Part shown: in pieces, positions 58,624-64,000 of the stretch
How positions within the stretch are numbered: position 1 is the stretch's first letter
How the letters are laid out: each line of letters starts with the position of its first letter
IMG/VR virus record: IMGVR_UViG_3300008113_000015
Coordinates: 62,001 to 126,000 of that record
DNA from: an uncultured virus (IMG/VR IMGVR_UViG_3300008113_000015)
Taxonomy: Duplodnaviria > Heunggongvirae > Uroviricota > Caudoviricetes
Direction: 5' to 3' (one strand)
DNA: 64,000 bases
Notes under the pieces: model-generated
What the model was told of the DNA's origin: nothing
What the model saw: only the letters and a program-made list of their open reading frames with translations
Databases searched by the model: none
Made by a program: the position numbers and the translations under genes

Positions 58624-61500
58624 TTAGATTCTGCCCACTACCACTTCAATGGTGCCTTGATCACCGTCAAAGTTTTCCAGGGCTTTGCCTATCACTGCGC
58701 CTACTGACGGATTGTCACAGGCCTGTGCTCGGCCGTTGCCTGCGCTGACCATCATGTCACCTTTGGCAACAGGGCCTTGTACCAAACAAGGCACACGACC
58801 TTGCAGCGCAACCACAGCAGTGTGCTCTGCTTCCAGTCCGGCATTCATGAGATAGCTGGGTTTGGCAGAAACTACTCCGGCTATTCTGCGATCGTTAGCA
58901 GTTGTGCTTGCTGTGACTTCAGCTGTGCCGCCAAAGCTGACCACTGTGCCCGGCAGATAGAACTGATCTGCTGTGTACTTTTCTGCCAAGTCAGCGTACA
59001 GTGCTGTGGTTGCTGTGGCAAAAACTTGGTTGAAATAACTTGAGGCACTACCAATGTTGCCCACAGCATTGGTACCTGTGTGAGTGATACTGTTGACACT
59101 CAGGATACCTGCGGTGCCGCTGGTTATTAGGTTGCCGCTGGTGATGTTGGCAGTGACAGTTAAACTGCTCAATGTGCCTACGCTGGTGATGTTGTTTTGT
59201 GCTGCTGTTGCGATGGTACCTAATAAATTACCACCCGAAATGTTTGCGGTTGTAGTGATATTGGCTGCGGTATTGATTGCGCTGACCACGTTGCCACTCA
59301 AACTCAATCCGGTAGCTTGTAGATTGCCGCCTATCAAATTACCAGTGGCTGATACTAGCCCGCCTGTGTTGATGTTGCCCCCAGTGACGTTGCCACTGAC
59401 AGAAATAGATGAACCAGTGATTGCAGAGCCAACAATGGTGCCAATTAAGTTGCCCCCAGTGATGTTACCAGTTCCGCTAACAGAACCAGACCCAAACGCA
59501 ACACTTCCTACATGCGTACCTAATAAATTACCACCTGAAATATTTGCAGTTGTAGTGATATTGGCTGCGGTATTGATTGCACTGACCACGTTGCCGCTCA
59601 AACTCAATCCAGTGGCTTGTAGATTACCACCTATCAAATTACCAGTGGCCGATACCAATCCACCTGTGGTGATATTGCCGCCGCGCACGTTGCCAACTGC
59701 TGATACTAGCCCGCCAGTGTTGACATTTCCACCAGAGATATTACCAGTGGCTGTAACTAACCCTGCTGTGCTCAAGTTGCCAACTGTGGCATTTCCAACA
59801 ACAATCACAGATGTTAAGTTGCCTACCGATGTAATGTTGGCCTGGGCTGCATTGGTCACTGTGGCTGCGGTACCTGACACGTTGCCTGTGACGTTAATGG
59901 TGTAACTTCCACTCAAACGATCTGAACTTACAGTTCCTGATGTTAGTGCGTTGGCATTGATGTTATTGGTCAACAACGTACCAATATTAGCTGTACCAGT
60001 TACAAGAATGTTGGCTGCGTTTACATTGCCAGTGACACTGACGTTAGCAGAAGCATTTACGTTGGCAGCAGAAACGTTGCCAGTGACACTTACCGCTCCA
60101 ATGAAATTTGCGCCGCCTGGCCATAACACCATAATGTTACCAATAGCGTTGACAGTGGCAAAAATGTTTCCATTAGGACTAGATACTGCCAAAAGTGTTG
60201 TACCGCTAGAGATTTGGCTGACTGCAAGATTAGATACCGCAGTTACGTTTGACAAGAACCCGCCGTCGCCGATGAAGAAGGCACCGCCTTGAGCAGTAAT
60301 ATTTCCAACTGAATAAACTTGTCCAGCAGAATAAACTGCGCCAGCGTTGACGTTGCCTGTGGCAGATACTAGACCACCAGTGACTAGATTAGCGCCAGTG
60401 ACGTTGCCTGTGGCTGTGACGTTGCCTGTGGCTGTGAGCATGCCAGTGCTGACCACATTTCCAGCATTTATATTATTGGCAATCACGTTGCCTTGTGCAG
60501 TGACAATGCCTTGAGTAATTAAATTTGTGCCAGTGATATTGCCTACGGCAGTGATTTGAGCATCACTGACTATGTTACCGCCTCGAACGTTGCCTGTGGC
60601 CAGTATACCCCCTGCACCTGCGGTGATTGATCCTGCGGTAATAAGGTTACCACCATTGATATTACCTGTAACAGTAACTAGTCCGGCAGTGACAAGGTTG
60701 CCGCCAGTGATATTACCTGTAGAGGTTATCAATCCTGCGGTAATTATATTTCCGCCTGTTAGGTTGCCAACTGCTTGTAGTGTGCTACTAAAATAACCCG
60801 TGCCAGTAACACCAAATGTTGTAGTAGGTTCTGCATTAGCAATACCAACATTGCCATTTGGTAAAACAGTTACCACCACAGATGGAGTAACGGTCGTTCC
60901 TGTTAAAATTTCTAGTTTAGCGTTTCCTGTTGCATCAGTATATGTTGAACGTAACGCCGTGGCTACACGAGCACCTGGAGTAGTAACGTCAGCAGTAAAC
61001 CATTCAATTGCACCTACTACTGTGTTGGCCGTAGCTGTAGTATCTGTGTCCTGGAATCTCATAGTGGGCTGAGCTGCGCTGGCGTCTCGTTGAATTGTAA
61101 TATTGCCCAAAGAAACTACGTTGCCGCTGCGAACGTTGCCGGTAGCACTAACAAGCCCGCCGGTGTTGATGTTTGCTCCAGTGACGTTACCTGTAGCCGA
61201 TAACACTCCACTAATGAAAGCACCAGTATTAGCAAAAACAGCCACGTTGCTGGTGCCGTAAACACCAATGGTCACATTACCGCCTAGCCCCGACGATAAT
61301 ACTTGAACGTTGGAGTTACCTGAGAAAATTTGACTTACTGAAAGATTACCAGTTAAACTGGTATTTCCAGTAACAGTTAAATTGCCATCGACTACAACGT
61401 CAGCTTGTGCATTTCCTAGACCGCTAGAAAGGGTAATGCTGTCCCCTACTCCCAGCGTTTGAATGGTGTAGTCACCGTTGACAATTTTATAAGTGGCCAT
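58624..61500 (-). CDS. Gly/Asn/Thr-rich tail fibre with intact C-terminal chaperone/peptidase (peptidase G2-like) domain
   Basis: 958 aa; YADLAEKY...GVVS..P.YLMN...VALQGRVP...IGKALE...IEVVVGRI. Confidence 0.85.
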   Translation of the reverse strand: MATYKIVNGDYTIQTLGVGDSITLSSGLGNAQADVVVDGNLTVTGNTSLTGNLSVSQIFSGNSNVQVLSSGLGGNVTIGVYGTSNVAVFANTGAFISGVLSATGNVTGANINTGGLVSATGNVRSGNVVSLGNITIQRDASAAQPTMRFQDTDTTATANTVVGAIEWFTADVTTPGARVATALRSTYTDATGNAKLEILTGTTVTPSVVVTVLPNGNVGIANAEPTTTFGVTGTGYFSSTLQAVGNLTGGNIITAGLITSTGNITGGNLVTAGLVTVTGNINGGNLITAGSITAGAGGILATGNVRGGNIVSDAQITAVGNITGTNLITQGIVTAQGNVIANNINAGNVVSTGMLTATGNVTATGNVTGANLVTGGLVSATGNVNAGAVYSAGQVYSVGNITAQGGAFFIGDGGFLSNVTAVSNLAVSQISSGTTLLAVSSPNGNIFATVNAIGNIMVLWPGGANFIGAVSVTGNVSAANVNASANVSVTGNVNAANILVTGTANIGTLLTNNINANALTSGTVSSDRLSGSYTINVTGNVSGTAATVTNAAQANITSVGNLTSVIVVGNATVGNLSTAGLVTATGNISGGNVNTGGLVSAVGNVRGGNITTGGLVSATGNLIGGNLQATGLSLSGNVVSAINTAANITTTANISGGNLLGTHVGSVAFGSGSVSGTGNITGGNLIGTIVGSAITGSSISVSGNVTGGNINTGGLVSATGNLIGGNLQATGLSLSGNVVSAINTAANITTTANISGGNLLGTIATAAQNNITSVGTLSSLTVTANITSGNLITSGTAGILSVNSITHTGTNAVGNIGSASSYFNQVFATATTALYADLAEKYTADQFYLPGTVVSFGGTAEVTASTTANDRRIAGVVSAKPSYLMNAGLEAEHTAVVALQGRVPCLVQGPVAKGDMMVSAGNGRAQACDNPSVGAVIGKALENFDGDQGTIEVVVGRI
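59217..59655. repeat. ~135-bp internal duplication at 300-bp spacing
   Basis: 59221-59355 versus 59521-59655; the differences seen are synonymous third-position changes. Confidence 0.9.
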
Positions 61501-62085
61501 TTACAGATCCTTTGTGTTATTTATTCTGTTCAAGAACTCTGTCATTGGCATGGTTGTGTAGTTAGTGACACTTTCAAATTCTTTCACGTGCACAGTGGTA
61601 TCGCCTATGACCCTTACAAACGGTGTTTTAGCGTGATCGCGCATGACCGTGGCCAGTTGTCTAGCCCAGTTGCCAGTATAGGTGGGCACAGCAGAACTTT
61701 TTTTGTAAAATTCTGAATCAGCATACACATTGTTGAATTTATTGTTTACAGGACCCATATCAAAGCCCACAAGATAGACAATTTTAGCTCGATCAAAGCA
61801 GGCAATGCTGGCAGCAATAGGACCCGAACTGAAGCCATAGTACTTTTGCGGCACACTCAACGCTCCTAGATTTGCTATTGGCCGCCGGGTATAAAATCTA
61901 TGATTTTTAGCATAGCCTTCGGTTTGTATTCTTTCGCTAATAGGACGGTCAGTGCTGACTAGTACTGTGGGCACAAAGTCCCTATAGAGAGCGTTGCAGC
62001 CATAGATATTGCCCATGTGACGCAGGTTGTTGAGATCTACCTGCTGTCTACTTACTCCATTACCTAATACAAATGCTGCGGTCAT
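61501..62085 (-). CDS. Maf/MptE-like (sialyltransferase-fold) putative glycosyltransferase
   Basis: VLGNGVSR, YGCNALYR, LVSTD, SSGP.A and VYLVGFD match the G(N/S)GPS...N...SG..A...IYL.GFD pattern; its stop directly abuts the fibre ATG. Confidence 0.55.
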   Translation of the reverse strand: MTAAFVLGNGVSRQQVDLNNLRHMGNIYGCNALYRDFVPTVLVSTDRPISERIQTEGYAKNHRFYTRRPIANLGALSVPQKYYGFSSGPIAASIACFDRAKIVYLVGFDMGPVNNKFNNVYADSEFYKKSSAVPTYTGNWARQLATVMRDHAKTPFVRVIGDTTVHVKEFESVTNYTTMPMTEFLNRINNTKDL

Positions 62086-62090
62086 AAAAA

Positions 62091-62117
62091 ATCCTCCTAG
62101 TAGTTATCTAGGAGGAT
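62091..62117 (-). terminator. Terminator hairpin containing the SD of the next gene and a late-promoter-like loop
   Basis: ATCCTCCTAG-ATAACTA-CTAGGAGGAT-TTTTT-ATG. Confidence 0.75.
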
Positions 62118-62134
62118 CCTGGAGTTACACCAAA

Positions 62135-62887
62135 TTAGGAGGTAACGTTGTCTACCAAAGCCAGATTGACAGTGGTTTGAGCAGTACCAGACTTGATTAC
62201 TGTGCCTTCGTCTGTGAAGAAGTTGGCAACGTAACGAACATCGTTAGTAACTTCAGATTGAGTAAATCCTGAACCGCCAGTGAAGTCCAACAAGAATTTG
62301 TTGGTTAGCTTGCTGATTGGGGTAGCAGTAGAGTCACCTGTGGCTTCTGTGAATGTAATGCACATTAGACCAGCTGCTGGTGTTGTGTCATTGTCCAGTA
62401 CACAGACCCCAACACTGTAGGCAGAACCATTGCCGCCACCGTCGGCACCAGTTGCTGTGAAAATTCCGCCTACTGCAAGGTCAGCTTCTGCACCAATTGA
62501 TTGCCAATTGGTGGTGCCTAACGCAGCAACTTGATATGCTTGTCCAACCACAAAACTGCCGTCGTTAACGCCTGTGACATCGCCAACTAGATATTTGCGG
62601 GAACCTTTCTGACGAATGACGTAGCCTTGAGCTACACCTATACCTGAGCCCGAAGGATCAGCAATGTTAACAATTACATCAACACGAGGAAATGTAGCAC
62701 TAGGGGTGTCTGTAGGTGTTGCTCCGCCGACCACGCCCAAGAATTGGGTAGAATTCAGTGTGTCGGATGAATTGACCACAGGATTGGTCAGGCTTGCGAA
62801 ATTTGGAAAACCAAGGTCAACACTGACGCTAGCGCCGCCGTTGCCTGAACCAGTGGAAATTTTTTGTATTTTTAGAGGACGTCCCAT
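62135..62887 (-). CDS. Putative virion structural protein (MGRPL N-terminus)
   Basis: 250 aa, strong SD TAAGGAG, late box TATAAATA at 62979-62986. Confidence 0.7.
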   Translation of the reverse strand: MGRPLKIQKISTGSGNGGASVSVDLGFPNFASLTNPVVNSSDTLNSTQFLGVVGGATPTDTPSATFPRVDVIVNIADPSGSGIGVAQGYVIRQKGSRKYLVGDVTGVNDGSFVVGQAYQVAALGTTNWQSIGAEADLAVGGIFTATGADGGGNGSAYSVGVCVLDNDTTPAAGLMCITFTEATGDSTATPISKLTNKFLLDFTGGSGFTQSEVTNDVRYVANFFTDEGTVIKSGTAQTTVNLALVDNVTS

Positions 62888-62909
62888 TTGTTTTCTCCTT
62901 AAAGAAGTC

Positions 62910-62963
62910 CGATGTGGGTTCTAGCCACTACGCGGTGGGTTTAAAGTACCGCATAAAACACCG
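62910..62963 (-). ncRNA. Candidate structured cis-regulatory RNA in a 5' UTR
   Basis: Two adjacent hairpins AUGCGGU/ACCGCGU and GUGG-CUAGAAC-CCAC in a ~90 nt leader. Confidence 0.35.
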
Positions 62964-63026
62964 TATTGTGTTGACAAGTATTTATAGAAATAGCAGATAT
63001 ACCTCAAGTTGCCATTAAATATCCAC

Positions 63027-64000
63027 ATGAACCCCAACGAACTTATTGAAACTGGAAACCAATTTAGATCCAAAAACCAACCCGAACAAGCATTAAGTTG
63101 CTATGCGCAGGCCTTTGTTCAAGATCGACACTATGCCGCTGCATTCAACAACTACGGCAATGTACTGCGAGAAGTTGGAGAACCAGAAAATGCCGTTCCG
63201 TTTTTACAACGTGCAATACAGTTGGATCCTAATAACATCACTGCCAAATTTAATCTAGCCATTGCTTATTTGTTGGCTGGAGATTACAAACAAGGATGGC
63301 CCGCCTATGAACATCGCTGGGACTACGAGCACCTAGCAGGAACCATGCCGCCATTTACTAAACCAAGATGGCGTGGAGAAGATCTTCGAGGTAAAACTAT
63401 TCTAGTTGTAGGCGAACAAGGCCATGGGGACAATATTCAGTTTGTGAGGTTTTTATACAACCTGCATGTGATGGGTGCAGAGATTATACTGCAAGTAACT
63501 GACGGGCTGATTCCGTTATTGAAATCCAGTGCCATACTAAAACGAGTCACAGGATACGATTACAGCATTGACGATTTTGATGTTTGGACTCCCATAATGA
63601 GTATTCCCGGACTGCTAGGGGTGGACTTGTCTAACTTACCTCGTCCTGTGAACTATCTCAACGCAGATGCTGGGCTACAAAAACAGTGGCTTGCTTACTT
63701 TGGTCCAAAAACAAAAATGCGAGTAGGATTCAGTTGGAGTGGTCGTCGAGACAACTGGTTGAATCGTCACAAAGGCATGCCATTTGATCAAATGATGGAA
63801 TTGATCAAATCAAATCCTCAATACGAATGGATTAACTTGCAGGCAGACTGTACTCCAGAAGAAGAGATGCAGCTCAAACAAGCAGGCGCACATTGTTTGC
63901 CGCCTAATCCAAACATGTGGGCTGACACCGCTGCTCAGATGATGAGCATGGATGTAATTGTCAGCGTCGATACTGCTGTGGCCCATTTGGCTGCGGCCCT
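63027..64000 (+). CDS. TPR-repeat GT-B glycosyltransferase (FlmG/FlbA-like, GT9-like C-terminus); runs off the right edge
   Basis: Not in the ORF track. Translated by hand: TPRs (AFNNYGNVLRE...AKFNLAIAYLLAG), then WRGEDL.GKTILVVGEQGHGDNIQFVRF, VGFSWSG and DVIVSVDTAVAHLAAA. Confidence 0.85.
   Translation, partial: MNPNELIETGNQFRSKNQPEQALSCYAQAFVQDRHYAAAFNNYGNVLREVGEPENAVPFLQRAIQLDPNNITAKFNLAIAYLLAGDYKQGWPAYEHRWDYEHLAGTMPPFTKPRWRGEDLRGKTILVVGEQGHGDNIQFVRFLYNLHVMGAEIILQVTDGLIPLLKSSAILKRVTGYDYSIDDFDVWTPIMSIPGLLGVDLSNLPRPVNYLNADAGLQKQWLAYFGPKTKMRVGFSWSGRRDNWLNRHKGMPFDQMMELIKSNPQYEWINLQADCTPEEEMQLKQAGAHCLPPNPNMWADTAAQMMSMDVIVSVDTAVAHLAAA

Noticed and set aside
47285..59655. Near-identical repeats in fibre genes as possible DGR template/variable repeats or a CRISPR array
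   Set aside because: In-frame coding repeats with mostly synonymous differences, no adenine-specific pattern, no unique spacers and no RT or cas gene in the window
46730..61072. Many long + strand ORFs (for example 54064-55569, 501 aa) rich in LPPV/MLPVA
   Set aside because: Antisense shadows of the low-complexity fibre genes, whose codons rarely create stops on the opposite strand; no RBS or promoter
62914..62928. GGTTCTAGC on the + strand resembling a preQ1-I riboswitch loop
   Set aside because: Wrong strand for the adjacent gene's leader, and the stem and A-rich tail geometry do not fit
62971..62976. TTGACA on the + strand as a sigma70 -35 for the TPR glycosyltransferase
   Set aside because: No credible -10 at 16-18 bp; the TAAATA box at 63016-63021 explains the start
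1..64000. Stop-codon reassignment, tRNAs, defence or integration genes
   Set aside because: Core genes are full-length in the standard code with TAA, TGA and TAG all used as stops; no cloverleaf or integrase motif was noticed

Overview
A 64 kb segment of a large T4-like (Caudoviricetes, myovirus-type) phage genome, standard genetic code, with no tRNA, CRISPR array, integrase or reverse transcriptase seen. Left to right: (1) small early genes, each with a near-consensus sigma70 promoter; (2) a ~7.6 kb glycan-modification cluster (three GT-A glycosyltransferases, four KpsS/Capsule_synth-like paralogues, two methyltransferases, a cytidylyltransferase-cupin fusion); (3) uvsY, uvsX and gp32 with accessory genes slotted between them; (4) a GT10-like protein, a pair of 2OG-Fe(II) oxygenase-fold genes, the large terminase, an SGNH-like protein, a second radical SAM enzyme and an exported thermonuclease; (5) putative internal head proteins with T4-style capsid-targeting N-termini, a probable small terminase, gp4, tail tube and sheath; (6) HNH protein, dNMP kinase, DEDDh exonuclease, neck gp13/gp14, gp15 and a NUDIX hydrolase; (7) ~19 kb of very large Gly/Asn/Thr-rich fibre and adaptor genes, next to a Maf-like and a TPR/FlmG-like glycosyltransferase. 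Main observations: a probable phage-encoded system for glycosylating its own fibres; late-promoter boxes TAA(A/G/C)TA sitting 4-7 nt from ATG (leaderless mRNAs) and often inside inverted repeats; a candidate structured 5' UTR RNA; and a frameshifting deletion in the chaperone/peptidase domain of one fibre gene. Product calls come from motif recognition by eye, not from database searches.
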